Assembly: GCF_000981445.1 (NCBI RefSeq)
Contig: NC_027219.1
Location: forward strand, 124,001 to 188,000
Reading direction: 5' to 3'
DNA length: 64,000 bases
From: Babesia bigemina
Taxonomy: Eukaryota
Of this stretch, positions 46,460 to 58,358 are shown piece after piece. The translations under genes were made by a program, and so were the position numbers. The notes below the pieces were generated by a model, which did no database searches, was not told where the DNA came from, and saw only the letters and a list, made by a program, of their open reading frames with translations. Position 1 is the first letter of the stretch. Every line of letters begins with the position of its first letter.

Positions 46460-49321
46460 TTATCTAGTGGCAATCCTAACGGTCGAAATGCGCATTCCAG
46501 TTTTGGTGATGCAGTGGCATTCGTAGGTTCCACCTCCCATTGCAAACTTCCACATCGCTGCGAATGACATTTTGCGTTTTTTGAAAAGTAAGAGATTCGA
46601 GCTCCTTGATACTTTAACGTCCGCTATTATTCCGACGTTGCGTGCAGCAGTCAAGTTGTTTTTATAAACCAGTTGGCAGTCTGGCGGATCCGTCCTATAG
46701 GGCAGAGGGCAGTAGAACCCTGCCACTTTCGCTGTTTTGAGATTTACAACGCAGCCAATTGTCTTGCCCGAGCCATCGGTCAGCGGTACCGTATCTGGCC
46801 TGAATAAGCCGTCAGATTCGCCAGGTATGCCACAGCCTTGGACGTATGGGTCGGTGGTTGGCACGTGTACCTTAGCGATCTCCCATATCTCCATTGACCG
46901 CTTTTCCTTTACAGGTGACTTTGCATCACGTGATGCTTCCACACCCCTTGCGCTTTCCTGCTCAACTGGTCGGGGTGGTGACATCGACCCACATACGTAG
47001 TGTAAGGTGATTTCACTATTATCGTCTTTCGAGATAACGATAGATCCTAACGGATAGCGAATTATAAGTTTAGAACGATCAATTAAATCACCTTCGTGGT
47101 CGACATTATAGCCAATGCTGAAACCACCTTTAGAAATCATGACCGTATTAAGGTCAGCAGTTGTGAGTGTATATTCATCACCTGTCTTAACCAAATTGAC
47201 AAACTCGTTGCTGTCGTTATAAGGAAACCAGGTGGCATAAGACTTCGATACATCCTCATCTTGGCGCAGCATTACGGTGTCAGTGTTTAACCGCACACCT
47301 TCTAGCGTGTTATCGATAGATGACGAGAAGGGTCTCATATCATCCGGTAGTGGGAGCCTCTGTACATTTGTAAGCCCCTTGGGTGGAGTGCACAAAAGGC
47401 CGTTGAGTGTACCTGCTGATACTCGCAATACTTTCTTCTCATTATAAACGTCCGACACAGGTATCACAATTTTATCGTGCCTGAGCATACCGTCCACGTC
47501 ATAAGACATGATGCGTGGAACCATGATCATTGATTTCATATTCGGTGACCGTCCCTTCATGGTGTATTTCTGCGGGATCTGATTTAAGGTAGTCCTGGAA
47601 GTTTCTACTCCATATTCATTGATACAGCTGCAGTGCACACTGAAAGCGTCAGTGAAGGATTCGTCGACTTTGAAGTCACGTACATTCCTACCATTAGTGT
47701 CTATCTGAGTCCTTACTTCACGCGGAAGAGGAATCAGAGCGGTCCTGTTGGCATTGAAGGCCATTACAGTACAATTAATAGGGACCATGTGTTCGTCGGC
47801 ATTACACTCGAGACGTGCTGTATCGGCCATGTCAGTGAAATACTGGCTTACTCTCGCCGGATTATTCAACGCGTCTGCTGCTGCATCCCCAGCGTAGCTT
47901 TCATTCGGTGACCCATAAGCAATTGTAACCTTGATTGTGGATGTCACACTCGTGTGGTCGCTACCACCCTTGTGCAGACACCGGAAATAGAAGGACGCCG
48001 GATCTCTGTCAGCGGGCTCTGCCTCCGACACCTTATGCTGTATGTACACCACTCCGTCGGAGAGCAAAGCGCTATCGACTTCAACAACCTTAGGGTCCAC
48101 GACAGAAATGAGTGGTACTGTGCCGTATACAAGCGTGTTCTCACCTGCCGTGCGAGTCAGCGCCTCTACGTCTGGTTTCGCCGGCATGAAGGTGGAGATG
48201 GGTCCGCTGACATTGTCGCCCCCTAGCAGAGCCTCTCTAACTTCGGAGGATAGTTCGTTCGCAGTAACCGGGAAGAGGATTTCTAGAGAACTGCCAGGGT
48301 AGAGCACAACGTCGCACCAGTCGCCGGCAATGGGCCTCGACAGGTGTTGCGTCAGCTTCGCGCTGAGGTCGCAGACGTGCCGCTCCTTGCTCGTGATTTC
48401 GATGACCGCAGTTACTGTGTTTGTCGCCTTGTCGATGCATCGGCAGCGCCCAGAGAAGGGCGACGTAATGCTGGAACGGTCGTAACGCATCGCAAGCATA
48501 GTGCCGCCTTCATATCCGCTGGAGCTCACGTCCACCTTGAACGGCATCCTACTCAACATATCATTGTTGCCATAGTACAGCGAGAATGGGCAGTTGGCGG
48601 GTTCTATCCTGCCTTTGCAGTAGAAGCCCACGTCGGGGGTCTCCATCACGTCCACGACGCACGATGTCCCAGTCGACACCTTACCCCACCCATCCAGCAG
48701 GAATGGCGCGCTCATGCTTCCACATCCCGTGTACGCACGTGGAACGCTGCTCAGTGACACGCGCACTATACCCAACATTGGCGAACCCTTCTTACTGTAC
48801 TTGCATCTACTTCTCTCTTCTTCATTCAGCGACGCAGATGACAAGCACGCGCCAAGACCCTTGTGCACACCGTCTGCATTATCAGCTGGCGCACAGTGCA
48901 CATCGAAGCTCTCCACGTCATAACGTACAATGTCTGAGCTTAGGCCCTGGTTGAGTAACATCCTCGTCATCCCGAATTGCTGTCTCAGCTTAGGCTGGTT
49001 ATCGGCTGACTCAAATCGCACCACATCGTTTATGTTCACTTTCTGGTATACTCCGTCTATGGTCGCGTAGACGTAAATATCTCCACTCGGAATCTTATCC
49101 CTGGTATTTGGAAGTATGTCGTAGAAGTATCCGGCCTTGCGCCTAGGACATATAATTTCAATAGTGTTTGCGTTGGATAGTACTATGTCGTGGATTAGAG
49201 CTGCATCATTTGTCGAAACTGGATTTTTATCAAAGTCCAAAAGAATACGCTTTTTTAAAATAGGTGACTTTGCGCCAACTTCAACAATAAAGTGAGCTAA
49301 CACAAGAATCAATTTCCACAT
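46460..49321 (-). CDS. 6-Cys (s48/45-domain) protein, paralog 3
   Basis: Same architecture. Signal peptide MWKLILVLAHFIVEVGA. Mostly identical to paralog 2 at offset 9398, except the N-terminus and small C-terminal patches. Confidence 0.85.
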   Translation of the reverse strand: MWKLILVLAHFIVEVGAKSPILKKRILLDFDKNPVSTNDAALIHDIVLSNANTIEIICPRRKAGYFYDILPNTRDKIPSGDIYVYATIDGVYQKVNINDVVRFESADNQPKLRQQFGMTRMLLNQGLSSDIVRYDVESFDVHCAPADNADGVHKGLGACLSSASLNEEERSRCKYSKKGSPMLGIVRVSLSSVPRAYTGCGSMSAPFLLDGWGKVSTGTSCVVDVMETPDVGFYCKGRIEPANCPFSLYYGNNDMLSRMPFKVDVSSSGYEGGTMLAMRYDRSSITSPFSGRCRCIDKATNTVTAVIEITSKERHVCDLSAKLTQHLSRPIAGDWCDVVLYPGSSLEILFPVTANELSSEVREALLGGDNVSGPISTFMPAKPDVEALTRTAGENTLVYGTVPLISVVDPKVVEVDSALLSDGVVYIQHKVSEAEPADRDPASFYFRCLHKGGSDHTSVTSTIKVTIAYGSPNESYAGDAAADALNNPARVSQYFTDMADTARLECNADEHMVPINCTVMAFNANRTALIPLPREVRTQIDTNGRNVRDFKVDESFTDAFSVHCSCINEYGVETSRTTLNQIPQKYTMKGRSPNMKSMIMVPRIMSYDVDGMLRHDKIVIPVSDVYNEKKVLRVSAGTLNGLLCTPPKGLTNVQRLPLPDDMRPFSSSIDNTLEGVRLNTDTVMLRQDEDVSKSYATWFPYNDSNEFVNLVKTGDEYTLTTADLNTVMISKGGFSIGYNVDHEGDLIDRSKLIIRYPLGSIVISKDDNSEITLHYVCGSMSPPRPVEQESARGVEASRDAKSPVKEKRSMEIWEIAKVHVPTTDPYVQGCGIPGESDGLFRPDTVPLTDGSGKTIGCVVNLKTAKVAGFYCPLPYRTDPPDCQLVYKNNLTAARNVGIIADVKVSRSSNLLLFKKRKMSFAAMWKFAMGGGTYECHCITKTGMRISTVRIATR

Positions 49322-49990
49322 CGTGAATTTATTATTGTGGAGTCGACCTATAGCTTAATTATACGCATGGGGCCAAGCAGGTAGCGACGAAATTTCTTTG
49401 ACCTATAAATGTTTTTAAATAAATACAAATAATATGTTTTATATGTATAACAATGGACTCTTTGTTGATTATAAACACGCAATCGAGTTCACAAACATGA
49501 ATTTATTAAGCTGAGATTCACAGCTTATATTTCGTTAAATATATAATATTTATGATAGAAAACCCACGTTGCGTTGCGCTGCTGGCGTCAACAGCTATGA
49601 GAAATCATATGGTAATATTTCGTAATCTCACTTAGCGTTCGCATGTATAATACGACAGACGTCGGATGTTATGCGCCCAGTGCTGAATTTAGTGACGCAG
49701 GTTAACAACAAAAATTACACTGATTCATTGGCAACTATCTACAGCTTTAAAAAGGTACTGAAAGATGGATGGGCCATTCATCAATGTAAAATAGCAAAGG
49801 GATACAAAGGCGTAGGAAAAAGAGAATAGGCTGCAATCTTTTATAAATTCAGTCGGTGCGTTCGTGAATTCGATTTCGCGGCACTTAGCCGAAATAAAAT
49901 AACACACACTGCGTTGTATACTGTTATGATATAGATAGCTTTCAAATTTAAGCACTTCCCAAAGGGATGTGCAAGGGGCATTCGCGAAAA

Positions 49991-51144
49991 TCATAGTTTC
50001 ATGCCAGCAGATTTTTTCGCTTTGTATAAATCTTCCTGTCGAACCATGTAATCGCCGTATGTGCATTTAGCTCCTAGATTCCTTCTTTCGCCGACCACTA
50101 CGATGTTGCCATATTGCGCGGCAACGGCGGAACCCCCCAATATGTCTTCGGTTTGCACTTGGTCCCTTAGATCGCTTAGGGCCTGCGCTGTGTCCCTGTG
50201 GATTTTTTTACGCCACTGAGCTTTGGGTAAGTCCAAAACGTCCTGCATCACACATTTGATGCGCTTGGTGTAGCAAGTCTTGAGCATTAGCTCCTTGAGA
50301 CGGCCGAACCACATGTCCAACACCGGCCTTAGGTTTGGATGCTGGTCAATGTAGTACCCCGTGCTGTAAATTAACTGCAAAAAGCATTCTATGAGGTGCT
50401 CGTGCGGCTCATCTGAAGACATCACAAGGTCCATGACCACCTTACTGACAATCTTGAACCCCAAGATGCGACGCTGGAACAGCTCGCCAATCATCTTCAC
50501 CGTCCCTAGGATTCTGGTTTTCAACCTTTTCATACCCGCTTCTGGGTCATCTCCCAACGTAGCGCGCACAGCATCCAAGTCACGAGGGGTGGCTTCGTAC
50601 TCACGCTGGATCTTTGTAAGCAGAGCGGACGCGAATGTAGCTCGCTTTCCAGACAACTCGTATTCTCTAGAACGCCAAAAAAGAATTAGACAGAGATCAG
50701 CATACATCTCTGACCATTCAGGCTCCTGAACTGCCTTCGATAAAATCAAATCGGCTGCAACTTGCAGCTGGTTATAGTCCTCCAGCGCTTCGCACTGGGT
50801 TGCGATTTTTTCAGCCAACGTCTCGAACTTCTCAATCGTTAGCTTATTAAGGTTGCTTTTCAGCTGCCTGCTCAATACCTCCACGAAGCTGCCAGTGTTC
50901 TGTCTTGGGAGGGTGCGCCAAAGCCCTGGAGGCGCATCCGCGTAAGAAGTTCCCCGATTGGCCATCCTTGGCAACGCATCATCAGTACAGTCCCTACTCT
51001 CAGATCTGTAAATCATGAATTTTACGACGCCGAAGCTAGCACTTACGCTGACGAGGAACTCCTAGCCAAGCCGCTGGCTTCCTCCGGTATCCCCTGAGCT
51101 TCGGCGGTAGCATAGGCGGGGGTAAACGGCTCAATTTTGTCCAT
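49991..51144 (-). CDS. MIF4G-domain protein (short eIF4G-like)
   Basis: QLKSNLNKLTIEKFE, ILSKAVQEPEWSEMYADLC, FASALLTKIQREY, RILGTVKMIGELF and RIKCVMQDVLDL...W. A short first exon starts from ATG 51144. Confidence 0.88.
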
Positions 51145-51429
51145 CGTTTACTATGCTGCAAGACGTTTCGCTACGTCGAAACGTGCATTTTTATTGCAAC
51201 GCAATAGGTTAGTATTTCGCTCCGTTGACGCTGCAGGCCCCACGGCGCGATTGATCAAACACGTTCTATCACGCAATGGCATATTCCATTAGTGTAGAGA
51301 TACGGGAAATCCTAAATTATATGTTCAGATTTGCCCGGCGGCTGTTGACGCAACCAATGCAACATCAGAGAGCCAAATTGTACCTATGGGTGTGTAAATA
51401 AATTATGTCGCCCAAAGATTAATCGCGTC

Positions 51430-52448
51430 ATGGTGATTTTTTAATTCTTCTAATCCGCGATGAACGCCTGACGGCGGCGGAGTTAACGGCGTCCACGGCT
51501 TCCATCACCTCGGATGCGCTTATGTTGGATCGCCCAATCAAGCAGTTTATGGTTGTCGCTGCGCCCAGGGCGGTTGGGATATCGATCTCGTGTTCCTGAG
51601 TGAAATCGGTAGCAATGTCAAATCAAATGTTGTCGGTAGTGCCGTGGGTGCTTTACGAGTCTTATGAGGGACCCGCAGAATGCCATTGCAGCTGTTGACC
51701 CGAGATTCGGTTTCATGCGGATACAACACCTAATTGAGCAGCAATGCGCCTGACTTACGGTGAAAAATGTGAGTATATCAGCTGGTTCCGGCGCCCCTCC
51801 TTCCGCCAACATAATGCACAGCACGGAGAGTACAGTTAATGGCTCGAACGCTTTTAACACCAATGGATCAATGCCTTTGAGGAGAACGAGCATATCCATG
51901 TGCCTGAACAGTCGTGACAATTTCACGGAAGTCTACCTCAGGTTTGCTATTTTTCCAAGAGCTGATAAGATCCTGGAGGCGTCAGCCTGCTGCACTTTAT
52001 CCGATCCGTAAATACCGGCTGCGGTCTAAATGATTCACTCACAACTATGGACAAACCGAATTCGTACGACAGTGCCGAATTACACTGTTCAGTTTTGTCA
52101 GCGTAGGCGTTGGCATGTTTCCCAATTTTTCGCCTGATGTCTGCGGACGCTGTTTCGCTACGCAGTCGGAGGAGGTGCTCTACGAGTGCCATGTCATCGG
52201 CAGCGTAGACCGCGCTCTGCAAGATCTGTATTCGTTTAAACGGTGCTAACCGACACAGCAGATTTGTTAGGCGTCGTCGCGCTGGACGTGCACATGTTGT
52301 CAGAGCTCTCATCCTGCTGTAACGACTCTGTCAAGTCGCAGCAGTGCCTGAGCTTGCACCAGGTGAATAGACACACCGCAAATGACGCAGCTGCGACCAA
52401 GCCTTGAAGCTGCAGAATTGCGATACAACGATCACAAGCATCTTCCAT
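51430..52448 (-). CDS. Hypothetical multi-exon protein
   Basis: Chained minus-strand ORF fragments 52236-52448, 51947-52312, 51618-51926 and 51547-51729. Boundaries are uncertain. Confidence 0.4.
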
Positions 52449-53547
52449 CGCTAACTAATGTGGATCTAAGTGTGTATCAGCCATGACCGGGTCCAAAAAA
52501 TCAAAGAAAATTTTACGCCGCAGGGCTACGCAGGGTGGAAACCGGCGTCTTCTACGCGTATTCGTCACATTCATACCTAAATAAAGGTGTCTAATCCGCA
52601 TCTTATACAATCATCGGCTCGCACAGTAACGTTGACGTCGATATGTGTTCCCGAAGCAAAGCCTAAATAAACACGGTAAACCGTGTTGCTAAATTAATAG
52701 AAGGGAGAGTTTTGCTAATGTTATAATACTACGGAGCCATCAACAAAAGGTGTTTTACACCTAGTGCGATTAATATTGCTGTGACGGCCGAGCTCTGGTC
52801 TACACCCACCTCCACCAGATGTCATAACCCACGCCATATCTTTTTTAAAAAAATGTTAAGCGAATGCCTTGGATATCACACATTGTGTTTCAATATGACA
52901 GCTTGTGGACTCCTGTCAAAATTATGCAGAGACACTTTACTATGCGCACGAATTCTTCATATAGAAAAATTAAAGCAGCAAAATCACATGAGGTGTTGTA
53001 TGGCAATGGAATCGTACAATGTTACGTCGTAGTGGCTTCCAGAGAAATGAACGCAATGGCGACTTAGCGAGATTCATATAGACACGCAAACACGCTCAAG
53101 AGCGATATCACATATATATCATCTTCATAGTAAGTCGGTTAAGTTGCAATCATCCAGTATTTAAAATTATGGTTGGCGACAGATCTTTAAATGAGTGTCT
53201 CAGTACATCGTGACGTACGAACACTTTCATAGTAGACCCCGAGTTTGAGGCCGCATGATGATTGAAGAATGCGGTATTGTGTGATAAACATTGCGAAGGG
53301 AGTTTTGATTCTGAAACAGCCCAGCGGAATTCTAAATCACACAAATAGGCACTATCTCATCAAACCATGAGCATCGTGGTGGCTTTTATGTAACATATAT
53401 TCATATGCCCGGGCTTACGATATCTTACATTCACGCTCTTCACTACCGCACGAAGTTGCATGAGCCTGACTAAGGTGGATGTCAAAAGGTATTACTTGTC
53501 TTTTACCGTGCGCCTTGCGATTGTAACAGAACATAGTATTAGAAACG

Positions 53548-56046
53548 ATGTTAGCGTTATTTTCCTCGTCACCAGCAAAATGCTTCAGTATCGCTATATT
53601 TGCCAATTTATTACTGCTTCGCTCTGTGAGCGGTGTCGATGATACGGATGTCATTAAGTGGGTTGGAGATCATTCCCCTGCTTCGTGGTTTGCGTACGGA
53701 GATTCTAATCTTGGAAAACATCACCTATACTTCGATGTTGATTTGTACAGGGGAGAACACGTGCAAGTGCATTGTCCTGCATATTCGGATTATCATACGG
53801 TACTCAAACCACTTGATGAAAACATGTTCTACAATACGGATGCCTTTCATCACAAACTAAACGCCATAGACGAGGGTGGCCACTATCACTACTTGAGCAG
53901 GTGGAAAATCAACATTAGTGAAGCATTCGACTGTCTGACCGTTAAGGAGTTGCCCAACGAAAAGTGGACTATCTCCTACCTAGGGAAACCGACGTACTTA
54001 ACCATGGAAACACTATATTTCGATTGCATTGCAACGTCTGATTCAGGCACGCTTCACACAGCCACAGTGAAACTAAACATAATGCCGGAGTACTACTTAG
54101 AGAATGAAACAGAAGAACACATCGATTTTAATACCAAAGCTTTCTCTCCAGATGATACGCCGTTCACGTACTTCAAGTTCCCAAGGTCCGGTTCCACGTT
54201 ACACCTTAAGTGTGAGACGAAAGGAACATGGTCAGCAGCTCTGAAAGACCCATATATTTCTGGTACGCAAACGATGATTACGAAAGAGACGTATGTGATA
54301 AATTTTGACGAGCAATATTTCATTGGATGGTTGACAGACGTTTCTTTTTTATACTGCGATCAGCTCGGTTTGGGCCATTTTGTTATGATTACACAATCGA
54401 ATGGAAAGGTTTTGGGTGTATTTTGGTCACATACTATGGAGTCGTCGCAACCTGGAATGTTGAAAGCAAATTTCGATGTCAAGAAGCATCTTTTACTTAA
54501 TTTTTACTGTGGATCGCATTGCGATAAGATGTATCCAAAAAAAATTCCTCAAGAATTCTTAGTGGATGGGTCTTCCAAATTGCGTCACGATCAATTATTG
54601 GGCAATTTGGGAGTGATTCGTCGATCACCGAAATCCATGACATTGGATTTCAGCCGTTATTATTCATATAGTTACTACGAAGCAGCATGGTATAGTAATG
54701 AAACTCTTTCCGCAGCACATAGTGTGATATTTAGTTTAAACCCCGCATGCGATTTCTCTAATGCAAACTCACTTGATATGGATTCTAAGACTTGTTCAGT
54801 CTTCCTTACCACAGGTAAGGACGTTATTATAAGGGGTGCAAAGAGCACACTAGGAAAACTTCACATGCTGCCTGACTCTTATTCGTTGTTTTATTGGCGT
54901 AAAGTACAAAATCCGGAAGCCGCATGGAATGAACATACATTCGAGCGCGTTACCGTAACCCGGCGGGGTGTGGCAACCTCTCAAGATGATCACATTTTAA
55001 AAAATGCATCCGTTGTTACGTTCACTGTTGGAACATTCGATAGCCCATTGTACTACATATGGAGTCACAACATGGATGATGACGGTAAGGAGGCCGACAA
55101 AATTCTCAAGGTTTATTTCGCCCACAGTTCTTATCTTGTTAAACCTGATATGAATTTACCAACGAACGCAAGGGGAAATATACGTGGGAATACGCCCTAT
55201 AATTCGAAGGTCTACCATATTGTTAATAGGGGTGCTAAAGGTTTGAAATTTAGTTGTAGCTATTTCTTTGAATCTGACTACGATGCAGAATATGTTCTGC
55301 ACCCACAAGGGAAAAACCTAATCTACTCAGATGTAGGGACAACGCATGCAGACCTAACCGAGATACCGACAGTGCAGTTCCATGAGGAGTTCGCAGTCGC
55401 CGGGGTGAGCATGTACAAGGTGCCGGAATCTATTGATAATTATGACTTCGAAATGAAATTTGAGCCTGATAAGATAATAATGGCTGTGTACAAGCAACCT
55501 CTGTTTTTTATATGCGCAAGAAAAGATTTTGATAAATCTAAGCACTCTTATCTTGTTATTGGAATAGATCCGTTCTATCAGCAGGAGCGCATATATGGTT
55601 GTGGAACGAGACCTGAATTCTTCCTCAACAAGGATGGTCAAACTAACAGTGAACATCACTGCGAATTCACTCTCGATGACGACAAGACAGTCGGATTCTT
55701 TTGTCCCATGCCTATTCCGAGTCACTTTCTTGAAGGAGACCAGAAACAGTGGGCACCTGCTTCCGACGATCCGATAGCAACCACTAACCCCTACAAAAAC
55801 ATGGTACAATGCTACGATCGCACCACATACCTCCAGCGGCTGGTAGGATTCAAGGTAGACATCGGAATGTTTGCCAGTCCTCGTGATGTTGGAGAAGTTC
55901 GGTCACTCTGGATCTTTAATAATGGTCAATTCATCAAAAACGGCAAAGTGGCCATATCTAAGGTTATATGTTATTGCTTCAATACTGAAGGACGTAGCGT
56001 GGCCAGCATCGCAGTGTCCTCCCACTTTAAAAAATTGGCAACGTAA
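53548..56046 (+). CDS. Divergent 6-Cys (s48/45-domain) protein, 832 aa
   Basis: Signal/hydrophobic N-terminus, VQVHCP, LYFDC, ACDF..CSV, LFFIC and IYGCG..HCEF..VGFFCP..CY..ICYC. No GPI tail. Confidence 0.8.
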   Translation: MLALFSSSPAKCFSIAIFANLLLLRSVSGVDDTDVIKWVGDHSPASWFAYGDSNLGKHHLYFDVDLYRGEHVQVHCPAYSDYHTVLKPLDENMFYNTDAFHHKLNAIDEGGHYHYLSRWKINISEAFDCLTVKELPNEKWTISYLGKPTYLTMETLYFDCIATSDSGTLHTATVKLNIMPEYYLENETEEHIDFNTKAFSPDDTPFTYFKFPRSGSTLHLKCETKGTWSAALKDPYISGTQTMITKETYVINFDEQYFIGWLTDVSFLYCDQLGLGHFVMITQSNGKVLGVFWSHTMESSQPGMLKANFDVKKHLLLNFYCGSHCDKMYPKKIPQEFLVDGSSKLRHDQLLGNLGVIRRSPKSMTLDFSRYYSYSYYEAAWYSNETLSAAHSVIFSLNPACDFSNANSLDMDSKTCSVFLTTGKDVIIRGAKSTLGKLHMLPDSYSLFYWRKVQNPEAAWNEHTFERVTVTRRGVATSQDDHILKNASVVTFTVGTFDSPLYYIWSHNMDDDGKEADKILKVYFAHSSYLVKPDMNLPTNARGNIRGNTPYNSKVYHIVNRGAKGLKFSCSYFFESDYDAEYVLHPQGKNLIYSDVGTTHADLTEIPTVQFHEEFAVAGVSMYKVPESIDNYDFEMKFEPDKIIMAVYKQPLFFICARKDFDKSKHSYLVIGIDPFYQQERIYGCGTRPEFFLNKDGQTNSEHHCEFTLDDDKTVGFFCPMPIPSHFLEGDQKQWAPASDDPIATTNPYKNMVQCYDRTTYLQRLVGFKVDIGMFASPRDVGEVRSLWIFNNGQFIKNGKVAISKVICYCFNTEGRSVASIAVSSHFKKLAT

Positions 56047-56358
56047 AGGGAGTGAGGGCGGATCGCCCAAAGTAATACATAGAGGCGACTGAAAACAGTG
56101 GCTACATTTGTATGCTACATACCAGTATGCTGTTTTATGGCGCGCTGAGATGTCCAGATTGTGATTGCTACATTACTAAAAACGTAACGTTTTCGCTGCT
56201 GTGTAACTTCTTCAATTATCATCTAGCTCCTAACTTACCGTGCTTCGGCAGACTCGTACCTAATAGTGCGACTTATGCGAGTGAATTACTTTTTTGAAAT
56301 CAAAAAATTCAATTGGTCTAACTTTAATACTTCATTCGACAGCGTGTTCGATATGCTA

Positions 56359-58358
56359 TTACGTGAACCCGATGAAATTGGCGAACAGCGCGCCTCCTAC
56401 GAAGCACAGCGCCACGTTCCATAAAATCAGCAAAAGCACCTGTTTTAACCTCGGGCTGAATGTAGTCAGTGACTTCCAATTGATGGCACGCCCATCACGC
56501 AACGGCTCCACTAGTAATGCAAATGTGATGACGTAAGGGACAAGTGGGAGCACTTGCCTCATATACACGTGTGTATGCGCGACTAGTAAAAAGGTTGCCA
56601 CCGTGACCACCATTTGTAGATGTAGCCCCAGTTCCGGATGAGATAGCACGGTCACGATGGTTCTCAAAACAAGACAGTCTGAACAATTATGAGTATGCCA
56701 CCAATATAAGAAACGTTAAGTAATGCTGAGATGTTTTTGATGCCTTCTAGAATAAAAGGGCTGAACTTACCGAGATTACGCATGAATGCAGATTGTGAGA
56801 CTCTGTCGTACGTGCTTTTTATAAAGCACCAGTACCAGCGTAATGCGAAATATGTGACAACGTATGAGGGCCAGCAGTAGAGGAATACGTGCAGGCGTGC
56901 AGGCTGCCTTAGCAGCCATAAGAATCCGACATCCCAATACTGCTTTTGCACAAACGCGTAGGGTCTCGGTAACTTTGCGGAGCACCACGGTCTCGCATAA
57001 GTATTTGTGGATTCTATTATTTTCCTCAGATAAGTCATGCCTCCAGGCGATACCAGTAAGGTTACAAATGATGGAAAGCTTTTAACACGCTGCACCTGTT
57101 CGGCCGTAAGGTGACGACAATAGAGACAGTAGATATAGAACTGAAATGTAGCCATTGGCACTAGCAGGCTCACTGCATATATTAATGCGCGTAACCAGTG
57201 CGACACAAATCTTATCGCCAGTAGGCTCTTATTTCGAACTCTGCTGACGTCGATGTTATATCCAAGGCTCGACTTATCATAATCGTAGAGCAGGTTTAAC
57301 TTGCTGAATACACAACATGTGCGTAAAGTGTAGAAGAAGAGAGGAATTAGCAGTAATACGCCGTTGGAGCGAAGAGCAGAAGCCATGAAGAATAGCAAAA
57401 CCGCCATTACTTCAAGTACGTATGCCTTTATAAGCGGAGGTAACACGCATTCGTTGGCGTTAGTTGCTATTTTGCGGTTGTTTTCAGCGTACGACAGTAG
57501 AAGTAGACCCACAAAAGTACAAAGGCAAAACAGGTTCTCCGTGTATATGGCAGTGCAATGGACCGTGGCTGGCCCAAGGCAGTAAAACAAAACGGACACC
57601 TGGGCGATTCTCTCGACATACTTCTCTGTCATATATACCGGTGTTTTATCATCTGTCATTATTTGGGGAACATTTTTTCCGCATGTCAACAATAATACCC
57701 GCCTGTACATTATATCCCATACGAGAAGATATAGCGCCCCGGCCGCAATTATACCGGCTAAGTTGCATAGCAAAACTCCGCCCAGTGCCATATAGAGCGC
57801 TAGTGGCGCTTCTACGACTTCAATGTCGTAGCCAGATAGGAGGGCATACTGCAGATGTAGGGATTTCAGTGCCTTGCCAGTGATATTCACCAGCCACGGA
57901 AGCAGTGGAAAGAAGGCAGCTGAATTCTCTCTGGCGTAAACCAGGTCGTCAAGAGCTATATTAAGCATGTGTTCACTGTCCCAGCTCAGGTATGGCAACA
58001 GCTGCTTCCACAGTGCGAATTGGATTCCATCATAAAAATTTTCATTGAGGCTCCCATCGGGTTTTCTATCGTCTAGCAAGCATGTCAGCTCGGAGTAAGG
58101 AAGATCAGTGTTGACTTTGTAAGATAGTCTCTCCGTTACCGTGCACGTTTTATCCTCGCCGTCAAGGGATTGTCTGCCAGCTAGGTAGCCATCAGCCGTT
58201 ATATGTGTCGTACGGCGGTCTACATATGGGCGTTGCATAGCCGAATGCCATGACACGAGGGATATATAAATACAGAAGGCGCCTTTGATGAAGCAGGCGA
58301 CTCCTATGGACTTTGCCAGTCCACGAGGCTTCCATTTTGCTGCATCATCGCATCCCAT
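56359..58358 (-). CDS. PIGV: GPI mannosyltransferase II (PIG-V/GPI18)
   Basis: SWDSEHMLNIA...ENSAAFFPLLP, AIYTENLF, LRSNG, PYAFVQKQYWDVGFL, a C-terminal exon with AHTHVYMR, and multiple TM segments. Confidence 0.9.

Noticed and set aside
29319..49321. 6-Cys triplication as a pure assembly artefact
   Set aside because: Each copy has a unique N-terminus, private substitutions and different neighbours, and all remain in frame. The pair-switching mosaic is not what a simple false duplication gives, though long reads should still confirm it.
53548..58358. Functional linkage of the 6-Cys gene with adjacent PIG-V
   Set aside because: The 6-Cys proteins here lack GPI signals and the genes are simply convergent, so this is likely coincidence.
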